This document shows positions 12,844 to 28,039 of a stretch of 64,000 bases of DNA, piece by piece; the stretch's first letter is position 1; the number at the start of each line of letters is the position of its first letter. Under the pieces are notes generated by a model. The model was given only the letters and a program-made list of their open reading frames with translations. It searched no databases and was not told the DNA's origin. This DNA comes from Paraspadella gotoi (Eukaryota > Animalia > Chaetognatha): positions 16,513,818 to 16,577,817 of the forward strand of contig CM119269.1 of assembly GCA_051294375.1 (NCBI GenBank), given 5' to 3'. The translations under genes and the position numbers were made by a program.

Positions 12844-13131
12844 CTTTAGTTTGTTTTGTTTGTTTTGTTTGTTTTGTTTGTTTGTTTGTTTTCGTGTTTT
12901 GGTGCACGTATTAGTACGTATTCGATTTGAAATGAATTGCGCGTTCGTTTTTTTTTAAATTCGTAGTTTTGTTTTTTTCCAGACAGCGGAGCAAAATATA
13001 TAAAATATAAATTTATAAAATATCGGTTAGAAACGATGTTAAGAATAAATGTTTTAATAAAATCACGGACAACAGTTGTTTTTAAAATATACATACATAT
13101 AAAACAAAAAGATATGGAGAGAGAGAGAGGG

Positions 13132-13223
<92 letters not shown>

Positions 13224-16060
13224 AAAAAAGTTAGATATCGGCTGTAAAAAAAACCACGGAAACCAGGTTAAGTTTCTTTTTTGTTCTTGCAATGCAAAGG
13301 GAGAAAGAGGTTTCCGTGATGCACGATGCGTATTGACAGTCGGAAGGTCGTTCACAGAGGAGGTGAAGTAACTCGGAGAACAACGATGGTGAGTGGCCAG
13401 GTGTGACATTTTGCAGCCAACGGGCGAAATTCACGTGGGGGAATAGACTCCCCAAATAGGGAGGAACGATGGAGAAAGAGAAAAAAACTTTTTATTTTTG
13501 CTACAGATAATTAAATGGCTACCGAATAAGATCAATCTTAAAAACGGGAAAAAAATTCATTTAAATATTTCGTAATTTATAACGAGAACGTAATATATTG
13601 ATATTTTATTATTTTTAGAAGGAATTTTTTTACTGGATCATGTTTTATCAATATATTCTAACGCTATTTTTAAAATATATATTTCTATCGTTATTACAAT
13701 TTTACTTATTGACAAGGATTTTAAAAAAATAAATTACAAGGATTTATGAAAATGATTAAACTATTTTACTATTTGATAAACTTTTATAGGACAGGAAAGG
13801 GCAAGTGTTTTTTTTTTTATTGTTTTTTTAAATTTTCGGCTTGGATGTCACTCTGACCTTTTTTCCTTCCTTAATTTGTTGGATATTAGAGACAAAAGAT
13901 TGCAACTTATTTTTACCGTATATAGTATTTTAAACTTTTCCTTGATGCCTACTATACAAGGAGACATAATCTTTTCGTAGGTCTCGTCTGTCAGTGCGTG
14001 TTATCCTCCAATTTAATGTACAACAAGTATTTTGTATAAAAAACTACTTGCTACAAACTAACAACAAATTGCATTAAATGATAACTAGTCACAATTTATA
14101 TCTGCTGTTCTTAGTATTCGATAAACTCGGATTATACAACAATTCAATTAGTTAATGGGTTAAAAAACTGTTAAAAAAAACTTTTCAGTCTGCCCTGTTG
14201 CCAGGAGAAGAGTAAAACGTCACAGGATTTTAAAAAAGGGGGAAAAAATAAAAAAAACAAAAAAAACTAGTTTCAATTTTTTTGACATTTGAATTTAGGA
14301 AAAAAAAAACATTTAAAAAATAATTACTAATTAGCGACCCCATGCCGAATAAAAAAAATATTTGGAAAGAAAAAAAAAAGAGTTTCTGTGTAGAGCTTTT
14401 CTGAACCGCCGATTGCTCAACAAGTTTCGAGCCTTGGCCAAAAAATAACAGGGATGATTAGGAATGGGGTTTGAAGCACATGGGTAATGAATATTGACGA
14501 TTTTTTTTCAGTAAAAAAAAAAAAAACCCGTCAATAGAGAATACATGGAATCGAGCTTTTTGTTGCGGAAATAACCTCGTGCCTGGGTAGGGTGCATTTT
14601 TGGAGGGTGGGATAATGCGGGAAGATGCAGAGTTCCAACCAAATCTAGGTGCCCCGATATGTTGATGGGTGTAATTGCGAGAGAGAGAGAGAGATGGCTC
14701 TTGAAAGCTAATTCTGTTTTTTTAACTCCTCAATGGCGGGATTAAGGTTTGGATGAATGCGAGCGAGAAGAGTGAGGCGCGCTACGGATTAACAGTAGGA
14801 AACGATTCGGGGCTGGAGTCGCGGAAGAGAGTTTGTGGTGGACAAACCTTTCGGGTGCGCCATTTAGCGCCAGAGTCCGCGCACCGCGCCTTCGCCTTCA
14901 CCTTCCGGTTCACCGTCTTTTTAAGAGGGAGGGGTGGATGGGGTAGCAAGGGAGCGCAGTAGATGGCGAGAGAAAAAATGGGGGGCGGGGCGGGAGAAAT
15001 TTGCAACTATGATTGTTTGATCGTAAAATTTAAGTTTTAACCCAGAATTTTCAATTCGCTTTCGCTTCAAAAAAAAAAAAAAAATGAAATGGAAACTATT
15101 CTACTTTTCTTACCTGGAGGCAGCTATAAATTTTTTTTTTTAAGGAGATTTCTTCTAAGAAGGAATTCGGTTCTATGAATTTGAATTCTTGGTTTCTCTA
15201 TCCGGAGGAAACATAAAGTAACAAGCTTTCTACGTAGTTTCTCTCTTTTTTTTTTTTCTTTATGTATCTTTTCTTTTTTCTTTTTTTTTTTTTTGGATTG
15301 AGGTCATTCTCGCGATGAATCAAAAACAAACTTTATCCCTCGAATTCTACCATCGACTCCAAAGAAATATAATCTAAAAATAGATCAACGACACCTCTCG
15401 GCGATTGGGGTCAATCCAATTCTACTGGCAATAATTCGAGTTCCATAAGCACGAGAAGAAAAAAAAAAAAAAACAAAGGACGATGCTCTTCTGTAGGGGA
15501 GAAGAAACTCTGGACTTTAAAAATGAAATTTTATAATCATTCAAATTTTCACCGTCTCAATCTATCATTTTTTCNNNNNNNNNNNNNNNNNNNNNNNNNN
15601 NNNNNNNNNNNNNNNNNNNNNNNNNNNNNNNNNNNNNNNNNNNNNNNNNNNNNNNNNNNNNNNNNNNNNNNNNNNNNNNNNNNNNNNNNNNNNNNNNNNN
15701 NNNNNNNNNNNNNNNNNNNNNNNNNNNNNNNNNNNNCGCACTCCCGCCGCTGCTGACGCCGTCGTCGCGCGCGCGGAACACGACGATTCGAGCAAAGAAG
15801 GAAAAGAGGAAAAAAAAAATAGAAAGAGGAAATTCTGGCGACGGTGTAACGTCGATATAAAAATGTGGGGGTGGCTATTCTCCACAGGGAGAGGGCAGGG
15901 GTGGACAAGGGGGTTGTCGGAAGGGCGGATGGAAGGACGTGGGCGGCGACGGCGGTGACGGCGGCAGCGGCGGCGGCCAGAGCGGCGAGAAAGAACCTCA
16001 GCAGTCGAGATTTTTTCTTCGATTCCTCTGCTTTCCATTTCGGCGGAAAATCCCCCCCTT

Positions 16061-16152
<92 letters not shown>

Positions 16153-16488
16153 CTCTCTCCTCCGCGCGGTTGCGATTCCGTCGTCACGTACAGTTTATCA
16201 ACATTAGAAAAATCACGAAACCTTTCTCTCTTCTTTCCTCCTTTTTTTTTCTCTTATTCCCCCCACTTCCCTCTCTTGGTTCCCGTATTTTTCATTGCCC
16301 CTCCCCCCCCTAAATCGCCAAACTCCTGTCCCCTCATTCGTTCGCCGATTCCCTTTTTTTTTCGCGTGAATCCACACGAAATCATTTTTATCTGACAACA
16401 CCTCTTTTTTTATTTTTCGTCTCACGTTCGCTTGCATTGAAAATGATAATAAATGAATGACAACGAGCCTCTCTACTTTCTCTTCTCT

Positions 16489-16554
<66 letters not shown>

Positions 16555-17174
16555 TTTCTTCTCTCTCTCTCCTCTCTCTAACTGGTTTTCCTCTCCATAC
16601 TAACCAACCGTGTACTAAGAAAAATCGTTTTGATAACGAAAGGTGCTGGAGGTGCTATTTTTCTTCCATGATTAGAAGTGAGTCAGCCCTCAAGGATTTT
16701 TTTCCTTTTTTTTCCCTTTTTTTTTTCAAAATTCTGCTTCAATTTTTCCCTTTGTCTCTTTCTGTGATCTTTATTGTCTTTTCTTTTTGGTTGTTTCATT
16801 ACTGCGACTTCCGCAGTTGTCGCCCTAAAAAGGGGTCGCCTTTTTTTTTTTTTTGTGAGACTCATGTTGTGAATTTTTTTTTTGCGATCAAAGTGACTTT
16901 TGAAAAACCCGCCATATCACTTATCTCCCGTCCCTTCCAAATCCCATTGCCGAGAGTAAACGCGCCGATATACTGCGATGCTGTCTCGTTAAAAATGAGT
17001 CCCCGCTAACTAAATATATGCGTATGCGTGGTTTGTTCTTTTATATTTTATTATAACGTGACGATAATTAAACAAATTCCTGGAGTGAGGGGGGGGGAAG
17101 CCGAGGCAGGCAGTAAGCTGTCGTGCTTGTTGTATAGCGTAATTAAGATCAAAGGCACGAAGAGAGAGAGAGAG

Positions 17175-17208
<34 letters not shown>

Positions 17209-17837
17209 GAGAGAGACGGAAAAAAGAGCAGTACGAAAGAGAGGATTAAATGAAATGTGGATATAATGAAAATTAAGTAAAAGCAAAAAATTTTTCAAAA
17301 CAGTTGTAAAATTGGAAATTTATTAATCAATATTATGCGTTATATCCAATTCAACACGAGTCATTTATTTTATAAAAATAAATTGATTTTTTTTAATTTA
17401 AAAAGAAAATAAAAAAAGAAAGAAAAGAAAAGAAAAGAAAAGAAAAGAAAAGAAAAGAGAATGGTAAAAACAAAAGAGAAAAAAAACCCTTTTGTATACT
17501 ATCTTGGTCCGGTTTATTCTGTCTTTCATCTTATATCCTTACAGTCTGAGCTTCTACCGTCAATCCGTACAACGATTCAGATTTTCGATTTTTTTGCTTA
17601 AAAAAAATTATTAAAAACAAAATAGAAACTTGTTTTCAAACCACAAAAATATCCCAAACTATTTTACTTTTATCGTTGTTTTTTCTTGGGCGACATTTTT
17701 AATCTGTTTTGGACTTTTTTTTGTTTCATTGTTGTTTCGGGGGAAATTAGTCCCTTTGGTCTTTTTCTACCCCAAAAAAAAGGGAGAAGAAAATTGTTAA
17801 ATCGTTTTCCCCAAATTTTTACCAGTTTTCTTTCTCT

Positions 17838-17917
<80 letters not shown>

Positions 17918-18131
17918 CACCACTCCCTCGAATTTCATCTTTCAATCACCCCTCCTTCTTCTCCTTCGCCCTCCACCTCCCACCCACTCGCCACCGCTCA
18001 CTGCATCACCCCCAAACCCGCCAAAAAACATACCATTTTTTTCCTCCTCTTTTATAACCTTTCCCCCCCTTCCTATTTGGCCACCTATCCACCAATCCTG
18101 ACCACTTTTCCTTTTTCAATTCACTCAAAAG

Positions 18132-18703
18132 ACCACCACAATAAAAAAAAGACTTACCGACTTGTGGGAGCCAATTCATATCACCCGTTCCGACTTCGTT
18201 GGCGGGGTTCGTCGCCGCCGCGCGCCGTTCTTCCCGCTGCCCCCCGCAGCTCAGCGGCCGCTCCAGCAGCCGCCCCGAATCCGCGGTTTTTCCGGGCCGC
18301 CGTCGACGACGTCGCTACGCCGGAAACGACTTCGCGCCGAGCCCGCCGCCCGCTTCCTTCCATCGCCAACGCCCGCCACGCCGTGGCTTCTCTCGCCGCG
18401 CTCCGTCGCCGCCGCCGCCGCCCCCTCACCCAAAGCGTCACCCTTGACCATTATTCACCCCGTCGCAGGATCGAACCCGCCACTCACAAAGCCACTCACC
18501 AAGCCACTCACCAAAGCCAATCTCCACATCGGCTTCAAAAGCGAAAAGTCACCCTCGCAGGATTGGGCCTTCTGGGGGAGAGGAGGAGGAGAAGAGGGAG
18601 GAAGGAGAGGAGAGGAAGAGGAGGAGGAAAAGGAGGAAGGGAGGAGGAAGAGCGGACCTTTGCGTTCTTCACGAACGAGGCTTTCGAAGAAGCGTCCCTT
18701 TGA
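18132..18703 (+). CDS. Candidate terminal exon inside the inverted duplication (frameshifted mirror copy at about 24607-25180 on -)
   Basis: caaaag|AC phase-1 acceptor; about 190 open codons ending TFAFFTNEAFEEASL*. Confidence 0.4.
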
Positions 18704-20317
18704 TTGATGAATGGACAAGTCATCTTTTCCCTCAAAACCTTTTTTTTTTTTTACTTATTTTTTTTTCTTACACCGACTCGTTTTGGTTTATTATTTATTT
18801 TTTGGCTTTTTCCGTTCGTCTCAAGAAGTAGTTCAAAAAAAAAAAAAATGAAGGTGGACCATCCAATTATTACGTCGTTTAATTTAGGAAACAGTGCCTA
18901 ATGTTTTTTTCTTCGACTACTTCTGGACGCGTACTTACCTCTTGTTCTTTTTACTCGTGCTCCATTTTGCGCGAATTTATTATATATTATTTCGGGACGT
19001 TATTTATAATATTTTTTTCATATTGCCGTCTCTTTAACTTAGATATAATTAAATAAGTTAGAAAATTATGTGCTTTTGGTGGTTTACTTGGACTGTTATT
19101 GATTAATTATTAAGTTTGTACTTAACAGTTTCCGACAGTCTGCTATCAAATGAGAGTTTTTTCTCTGATTTTGCGGCAAAACCAGATGTTACTTATAGCA
19201 ATGATTTGTTCAAGAAGAAACCATCGATGTAATTATAACGCTTTTATAAAGAAATATTGTATTGTGCTAAATAAGTTTCTTATTTTGTTAATTAACAAGC
19301 AATTAATTACTAGTTCTTGAATTATACTTTTCTTTGATAATAATATTTAATTTTAAAATACTCCAATTAAAAATTAACTTTTGAAGTTCTTTGCATGGAT
19401 CGCTTTGTCGTTTTATTCACAAGGATTGTTTTATTTTAACAAAGGTGGATACAAATAGGGTTCCAACACGACTTGATAAAGCCAAATATTTTGCGCCACT
19501 TCTTTTAAAAACATTATTTATTGCTCCCAATGAAAATGGATTCCTTTGGATGTGACGCCTGAACATATCTAATTGTATTGCTATCCTTTGCATTCCGAAT
19601 GCGTAATGTTGCCTACAGCATGATTATTTATTTATTAACTCCTCTCGGATACTTAACTGTAACAGTAATTAAATTGTAAAAAAACACTCAAAAAAATACT
19701 TAGGCCGACGTTAAAATTTGCATAATTTTAGAAAAAGAAGATTTGTAACTTATATAGTTAAAACGAAGAGGTTAAAATATGTTGTTTAAACCGTAGGCCG
19801 ATTGTTATCGAGTCCAAAATATACTTTAACGAACATAATGTAAGGAAAGTATTTGGCACCTCATAAAAACTTTAAAATGATAACGTTATGACGTATCATA
19901 GAATAATATAAAATATAAAAATAAACAATCGTAAATGATGGTATGTTTTCAACCGTCACAGGCTTAAAATAATTAAAACCCTTTTTTTTTGGTCAACAAA
20001 CAAATGAACACTGGACCGAATTCCTAAAACCCGGATCGCCATTCAGACGCGACCTTCTGGCTTTAGTCGGAAATGAAGGACTAATTGACCAAGAGTTAAA
20101 CAATATGACTTCTATTCGTCCTTTAATTCATTTTCGACTAATCGTCGAGAGGGAGCGTCGACACTAAACGGAGAAGAAATTAAGTTGGACTAAAAACGGT
20201 TCGCTCGGTGCTTTACTCTTTCTTAGGTTGCGGGGAGGAAGCCATTCCAATGTTTACGTTTCACCAGTGATTCCATTGATACTGTTGGAATCAGGGACCT
20301 ACCAGACCAGGTAGATC

Positions 20318-20349
<32 letters not shown>

Positions 20350-20353
20350 CTCC

Positions 20354-20404
<51 letters not shown>

Positions 20405-22220
20405 CTCGTTTTCTTTTGCCTTTCCCTTTTCGTTGATCGGAAAAGTTATTGCTGTTTAAATAATGCATATTCACTTTCTTTTTCTATCAACGATGCAAAA
20501 GCTGCGATTTCCCCAATCCGTTTCCAGATTCCCCTCCCCCCACTTTTTAACTCCGTCTGTCTCTTCCTTTGAAAGACCCAACCACAAAACTTACATTCTG
20601 ATCACTTGCTTTTAGCTTTTTCTTAACTTTTTTTTAAATCTTTTTTTTGGTTCTTTATCGGTACTTGGAAAATAACGAAAATGTCATAGAATAGTAGAAT
20701 TAAAATATATATATTTTCTTCATCTTAGCTTACGGTGAAGTTTGCTTATTTCATTTGCAAGACCACCCGCGTAACGCTATTTCAAACCTTATTTTATATT
20801 GGAGAAATTAACCAATATTAAATGTCGAAAAAAATAATTTGAAAAAAAAAAAAAAGTATTGCAACAAAAGGGACTTGGACGTGTTTTAAAACAATCTATA
20901 ACATTTTCTAATGGAGAGTCATACTGTTTTGATAAATTCATTGCTCATTGAGGAATAAGCTGTTCCTCACATTTTTTTTTAAAAATTCGCCGCCATTTTG
21001 ATTTCCAGGCGCAGCGCCGCCCTCTGCCGCGGCAGACGACGCAAGACAAGGCGGGAAGTCACTCTGGCTGGACATCAAAGGAAACATGCCCAACAAAAAA
21101 TCTCCTCACGGAAACCTCGGGTGAGGAGAGAGAGACGAGAGGAGAGAGATGATAGGACGAGAGAGAGAGAGAAGGACGATGAGAGATGAGAGAGATAGAG
21201 AGAATGAAGACGAAGGGGATGGACCGGCAATGCTAAGGTCGCTACAACAAGAAACAAAGAAACAAAAAAAGAATAGGTCTGGCGTTCAAGCCAACGGCTG
21301 GGATTGGCTTGCCCCAGGGAAAGAGGGGGAATGAGGAAGAGGGGAAAGGGGAAGAGGAATGGGGAGAAGAGGAATGAGGAAGAGGAAAAGGGGGAGAGGA
21401 ATAAAAATATTAAAGGCTCTATGAAAAGAAAAGGCGAGAGGCGGAGCAGATTAATGAAAGTAAATTATCCGTGGGAAAAAGAAAGGAAAGACCAAAGAAC
21501 AAAGCAAGTAAATAAAAAAGCATAGTCACTATCTTCATTACGAACTTTGTCCTTTCTCATGTTTATTACGAACTAATACCGGTTAGTGATTTATGCTAAG
21601 TAAGAAGATAATAACAATATAGGAATNNNNNNNNNNNNNNNNNNNNNNNNNCCACACCGGCGATGGACGAGAGTGATTGCACTCTCTACTTTTCATAGTA
21701 GACGACCGACGCCTCGCTCGGTCTTGATCTGCGCTGACCTCTTTACACCACATCGTTGTGAGATGTGAGATGAATTTTTCGCGTAAAACGTTTAACTCAT
21801 TCATATTTGTCTTTTCTTCATTCCTAGAATATTTATCTCTTACTTAGCCAGTAAATCACTAACCGCGTATTTAGTCGAATAAAACATGAAAAGACAAAGT
21901 TCGTAATGAAAGTGAACATCTTTTATTTACTTCGCTTTGTTCTTTTGTCTTTTCCTTTCTTCCCACATAAACTTCATTATCTCTCCCCCTCTCGCCTTTT
22001 CTTTCAAAGAGCCTTTAATATTTTATTCCTCTCCCCCTCTTTCCCTCTTCCCNNNNNNNNNNNNNNNNNNNNNNNNNNNNNNNNNNNNNNNNNNNNNNNN
22101 NNNNNNNNNNNNNNNNNNNNNNNNNNNNNNNNNNNNNNNNNNNNNNNNNNNNNNNNNNNNNNNNNNNNNNNNNNNNNNNNNNNNNNNNNNNNNNNNNNNN
22201 NNNNNNNNNNNNNNNNNNNN

Positions 22221-22331
22221 CTGAGGTTTCGTGAGGAGATTTTTTGTTGGGCATGTTTCCTTTGATGTCCACCAGAGTGACTTCCGCCTTGTCTTTGGCG
22301 GCGTCTGCCGCGGCAGAGGGCGGCGCTGCGC
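22221..22331 (-). CDS. Candidate symmetric phase-1 internal exon (GAAPPSAAADAAKDKAEVTLVDIKGNMPNKKSPHETS); mirror copy at 21009-21120 on +
   Basis: tttccag| acceptor; 111 nt open; the donor G|gtgagg is visible in the mirror copy at 21121. Confidence 0.55.
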
Positions 22332-22902
22332 CTGGAAACAAAATGGCGGCGAAATTTAAAAAAAAATGTGAGGAACAGCTTATCCTCAATGAGCAAGATT
22401 TATCAAAACAGTATGACTCTCATTAGAAAATGTTAAATAATTGTTTAAACACGTCCAAGTCCCTTTTGTTGGCAATCCTCTTTTTTTTTTCAATTATTTT
22501 TTTCGACATTTAATTTGGTTAATTTCCAATATAAAATATGGTTTGAAATAGCGGTTACGCGGTGGTCTTGCAATGAATAAGCAAACTTCACCGTAGCTAA
22601 GATGAAGAAAATATATATATTCTAATTCTACTATTCTATGACATTTTCGTTATTTTCAAGTACCGATAAAGAACCAAAAAAGATTTAAAAAAAAGTTAAG
22701 AAAGCTAAAAGCAGTGATCAGAATGTAAGTTTGTGTTGGTCTTTTCAAAGGAAGAGACAGACGGAGTTAAAAGTGGGGGGAGGGAATCTGGAACGGATTG
22801 GGGAAATCGCAGCTTTTGCATCGTTGATAGAAAAAGAAAGTGAATATGCATTATTAAACAGCAATAACTTTTCCGATTCAACGAAAAGGGAAAGGCAAAA
22901 GA

Positions 22903-23023
<121 letters not shown>

Positions 23024-25391
23024 CTACCTGGTCTGGTAGGATCCCTGATTCCAACAGTATCAATGGAATCACTGGTGAAACGTAACATTGGAATGGCTTC
23101 CTCCCCGGCACCTAAGAAAGAGTAAGAGCACCGAGCGACCGTTTTAGTCCAACTTAATTTTCTTCTCCGTTTAGTGTCGACGCTCCCTCTCGAGTTAGTC
23201 GAAAATAGAATTAAAGGACGATAGAAGTCATATTGTTTAACTCTTGGTCAATTAGTCAATTCCATTTCCGACTAAAGCCAGAAGGTCGCGCTGATGGCGA
23301 TCGGGGTTTTAGGATTCGGTCCAGTGTTCATTTGTTTGTTGACAAAAAAAAGGGTTTTAATTATTTTAAGCCTGTGACGGTTGAAAACATACATCATTTA
23401 CGATTGTTATAATTTTTATATTTTATTATTATTCTATGAATACTTCATAACGTTATCATTTAAAGTTTTTATGAGGTGCCAAATACTTTCCTTACAATTA
23501 TGTTCGTTAAAGTATATTTTGGACTCGATAACAATCGGCCTACGGTTATAAACAACATATTTTAACCTCTTCGTTTTAACTATATAAGTTACAAATCTTC
23601 TTTCTAAAAAATTATATAGCAAATTTTAACCCTAAGTATTTTTTGAGTGTTTTTACATTTAATTACTGTTACAGTTAGTATCCGAGAGGAGTTAATAAAT
23701 AAATATCATGCTGTCAGGCAACAATTACGCATTCGGATGCAAAGGAGGCAATTACAATTAGGATATGTTCAGCGTCACATCCAAAGGATCCAATTTTCAT
23801 TGGGAGCATAAATATGTTTTTTAAAAAAGTGGCGCAAAATATTTGGCTTTATCAAGTCGTGTTGGAACCCTATTTGTATCCACCTTTGTTAAAATAAAAC
23901 CAATCCTTGTGAATAAAACGACAAAGCGACCATGCAAAGAACTTCAAAAGTTAATTTTTAATTGGATATTTTAAAAATTAAATATTATTATCAAAGAAAA
24001 GTATAATTCAAAACTTAGTAATTAATTGCTTGTTAATTACAAATATAGAACTTATTTTAGGAAATACAATATCTTCTATAAAGCGTTATAATTCACGATG
24101 GTTTCTCTTGAACAAATCATTGCTATAAGTAACATCTGGTTTGCGCAAAATCAGAGAAAAACTCTCATTTGATAGCAGACTGTCGGAAACTGTTAAGTAA
24201 ACTTAATAAATTATTCAATACAGTCCAAGATAAACCACCAAAAGCAAATAAAATTTCTACTTATTTAATTATATCTAAGTTAAGACGCAAATATGAAAAA
24301 AATATTTAAATAACGTCCGAAATATATATATAAAATTCGCCAAAATGGTAGCACGAGTAAAAGGTAACAAGAGGTAAGACGTCAGAAGTAGTCGAAGAAA
24401 AAAAAACATTAGGACTGTTCCCAATTAAAACGACGTAATAATTGGATGGTCCACCTTCTTTTTTTTTTTTTGGACTACTCTCTTGAGACGAACGGGAAAA
24501 AAGCCAAAAAAATAAATAAATAAACCAAAACGAGTCGGTGTAAGAAAAAAAATAAGTAAAAAAAAAAAAAGGTTTTGAGGGAAAAGATGACTTGTACCAT
24601 CATCAATCAAGGGACCTTCTTCGAAAGCCTCGTTCGTGAAGAACGCAAAGGGTCGCTCTTCCTTCCTCCCTTCCTCCTTTTCCTCCTCCTCTTCCTCTCT
24701 CTCCTCCTCCTCTTCCTCCTCCTCCTCTCCCCCCAGAAGGCAATCCTGCGAGGGTGACTTTTCGCTTTTGAAGCGATGATGGAGATTGCTTTGGTGAGTG
24801 GCTTGGTGAGTGGCTTGGTGAGTGGCGGGTTCGATCCTGCGACGGGAGGTGAATAATGGTCAGGGTTGACGCTTTGGCGTGAGGGGCGGCGGCGGCGCGC
24901 GACGGAGCGGCGGCGAGAGAAAGCCACGGCGTGCGGGCGTTGGCGATGGAAGGAAGCGGGCGGCGGGCTCGGCGCGAAAGTCTGTTTCCGGCGTGCGACT
25001 CGGTCGACGGCGGCCGGAAAAACCGCGGATTCGGGGGCGGCTGCTGGAGCGGCCGCTGAGGCTGCGGGGGCAGCGGGAAGAACGGCGGCGGCGGCGACGG
25101 AATCCCCGCAACGAGTCGGAACGGGGTGATATGAATTGGCTCCCACAGTCGGTAAGTCTTTTTTTTTATTGGTGGTGGTCGTTTTGAGTGAATTGCAAAG
25201 CGAAAAGTGGTCAGGATTGGTGGATAAGGTGGCCAAATAGGAAGGGCGGGGAAAGGTTATAAAAGAGGAGAGAAAAAAATGGTATGTTTTGGCGGGTTTG
25301 GGGTGATGCAGTGAGCGGTGGCGAGTGGGTGGGAGGTGGAGGGCGAAGGAGAAGAAGGAGGGGTGATTGAAAGATGAAATTCGAGGGAGTG

Positions 25392-25477
<86 letters not shown>

Positions 25478-26074
25478 AGAGAAAGAAAACTGGTAAAATT
25501 TGGGGAAAACGATTTAACAATTTTCTCTCCCTTTTTTTGGTAGAAAAAGACCAAAGGGACTAATTTCGCCCCGAAACAACAATGAAACAAAAAAAAGTCA
25601 AAACAGATTAAAATGTCGCCCAAGAAAAAACAACGATAAAAGTAAAATAGTTGGATATTTTTGTGGTTTGAAAACAAGTTTCTATTTTGTTTTTATAATT
25701 TTTTTTAACAAAAAAATCGAAATCTGAATCGTTGTACGGATTGACGGACAGCTCCGACTGTAAGGATATAGATGAAAGACAGATAAACGGACCAAGATAA
25801 AGTAACAAAAGGGTTTTTTCTCTTTTTAGTTTTTACCATTCTCTTTTCTTTTCTTTTCTTTTCTTTTCTTTTCTTTTCTTTTCTTTTTTATTTTCTTTTT
25901 AAATTAAAAAAAATAATTTATTATTTATAAAATAAATGACTCGTGTTGAATTGGATATAACGCATATATTGATTATAAATTCCAATTTTTACAACTGTTT
26001 TGAAAATTTTCTTTTACTTAATTTTCATTATATCCACATTTCATTTAATTCCTCTTTCGTACTCTCTTTTTCCG

Positions 26075-26105
<31 letters not shown>

Positions 26106-26756
26106 TCTCTCTCTCTTTCGTGCCTTTGATCTTAATTACGCTATACAACAAGCACGACAGGCTTACTGCTGCCTCGGCTTCCCCCCCTCACTCCAGGGAA
26201 TTTGTTATAATTATCTCACGTTAATATAAAAATATAAAAGAACAAACCACGCATACGCATATATTTAGTTAGCGGGACTCATTTTTAACGAGACAGGCAT
26301 CGCAGTATATCGGCGCGTATTACTCTCGGCCAATGGATTTCGGAAGGGACGGGGAGATAAGTGATATGGGCGGGGTTTTTCAAAAGTTTCACTTTGATCG
26401 CAAAAAAAATTCCACAACATGAGTCTCACAAAAAAAAAAAAAAGGCGACCCCTTTTAGGGCGACAACTGCGGAAGTCGCAGTAATGAAAACAACCAAAAA
26501 TAGAAAAAGAACAATAAAAGATCACAAGAAAGATGACAAAGGGAAAAATTGAAGCAGAATTGAAAAAAAAAAAGGGAAAAAAAAGGAAAAAAATCCTTGA
26601 GGGCTGACTCACTTCTAATCATGGAAAAAAATAGCACCTCCAGCACCTTTCTTATCAAAACGATTTCGTTCTAGTACACGGTTGGTTAGTATGGAGAGGG
26701 AAAACCAGTTATGAGAGGAGGAGAGAGAGAGAGAGAGAGAAGAGAGGAGAGATGAT

Positions 26757-26791
<35 letters not shown>

Positions 26792-27174
26792 TGTAGAGAG
26801 AGAGAGAAGAGAAAGTAGAGAGGCTCGTTGTCATTCATTTATTAATTCATTTTCAATTGCAAAGCGAACGTGAGACGAAAAATAAAAAAAGAGGTGTTGT
26901 CAGATAAAAATGATTTCTTGTGGATTCGACGCGAAAAAAAAAAAAAAAAAATGATGGAATCGGCGAACGAATGAGGGGACAGGAGTTTGGCGATTTAGGG
27001 GGGGGAGGGGCGATGAAAAATACGGGAACCAAGAGAGGGAAAGTGGGGGAATAAGAGAGAAAAAAAAGGAGGAAAGGAAGAGGAGAAAAGGTTTCGTGAT
27101 TTTTCTAATGTGATTAAACTGTACGTGACGACGAATCGCAACGCGCGAGGAGGACGAGAGAGAGGAGAGATGAG

Positions 27175-27220
<46 letters not shown>

Positions 27221-27816
27221 GAGAGAGAACGAAGAGAGATGAGGGAGAGAGAGAGAGAGAGAGAAAAAGAAGGGGGGGATTTTCCGCCGAAATGGAAAGC
27301 AGAGGAATCGAAGAAAAAATCTCGACTGCTGAGGTTCTTTCTCGCCGCTCTGGCCCGCTGCCGCGACCACGCCGTCGCCGCCCACCGTCCTTCCATCCGC
27401 CTTCCGACACCCCTTGTCCACCCCTGCCCTCTCCTGGGAGAATAGCCACCCCCACATTTTTAATATCGACGTTACACCGTCGCCAGAATTTCCTCTTTCC
27501 TATTTTTTTCTCTTTCCTTCTTTGCTCGAATCGTCCGTGTTCCGCGCGCGCGTAACGACGGCGTCAGCAGCGGGGGAGTGGCGGTTCTTGACGCGACGGA
27601 AGCAGCGGAGCACGCGTGCTGCACGCGCGCCGGTTGGCGGAGGGGATAGGGCGGGCATGAGGGGTTGTTTCGGGGGTGGTTGGAGATGACGGTGGCTTTT
27701 GGGGGGGGGGGATCCTTCGTCGATTCCCTTTTCGAGGTTAACTCGCGCGAGTCGTCGCCCGCGTTGTAATCATCGGAGACCCGTTGAAAACAACTCTCTG
27801 CTCTCCTCTCTATCTC

Positions 27817-27853
<37 letters not shown>

Positions 27854-28039
27854 GCTCTCTCTCTCTCTCTTCTCTCGGCATTAACTTCTGTTCTCGTCAG
27901 TTTAACCACGAGCAAAAACTCGGGTTTTAATTAAAAGTCGTTAATTTAAAGAAAAAAAAAAACTTTAGTGAACAAAAGGAGAAATGATAGATTGAGACGG
28001 TGAAATTTGATGAGNNNNNNNNNNNNNNNNNNNNNNNNN

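Noticed and set aside
11957-12958. 333-aa Arg-rich plus-strand ORF and similar antisense ORFs at 8.8-9.4 kb
   Set aside because: Shadow frames of GC-rich minus-strand sequence; the splice signals support the minus strand.
14846-14916. Possible small minus-strand exon (aaaag|ACGGTGAACC..)
   Set aside because: Frame and boundaries are ambiguous and support is too weak to call.
21652-21820. Sequencing adapter at the palindrome centre
   Set aside because: No recognisable SMRTbell adapter sequence; the artefact call rests on the gap size and indel pattern instead.
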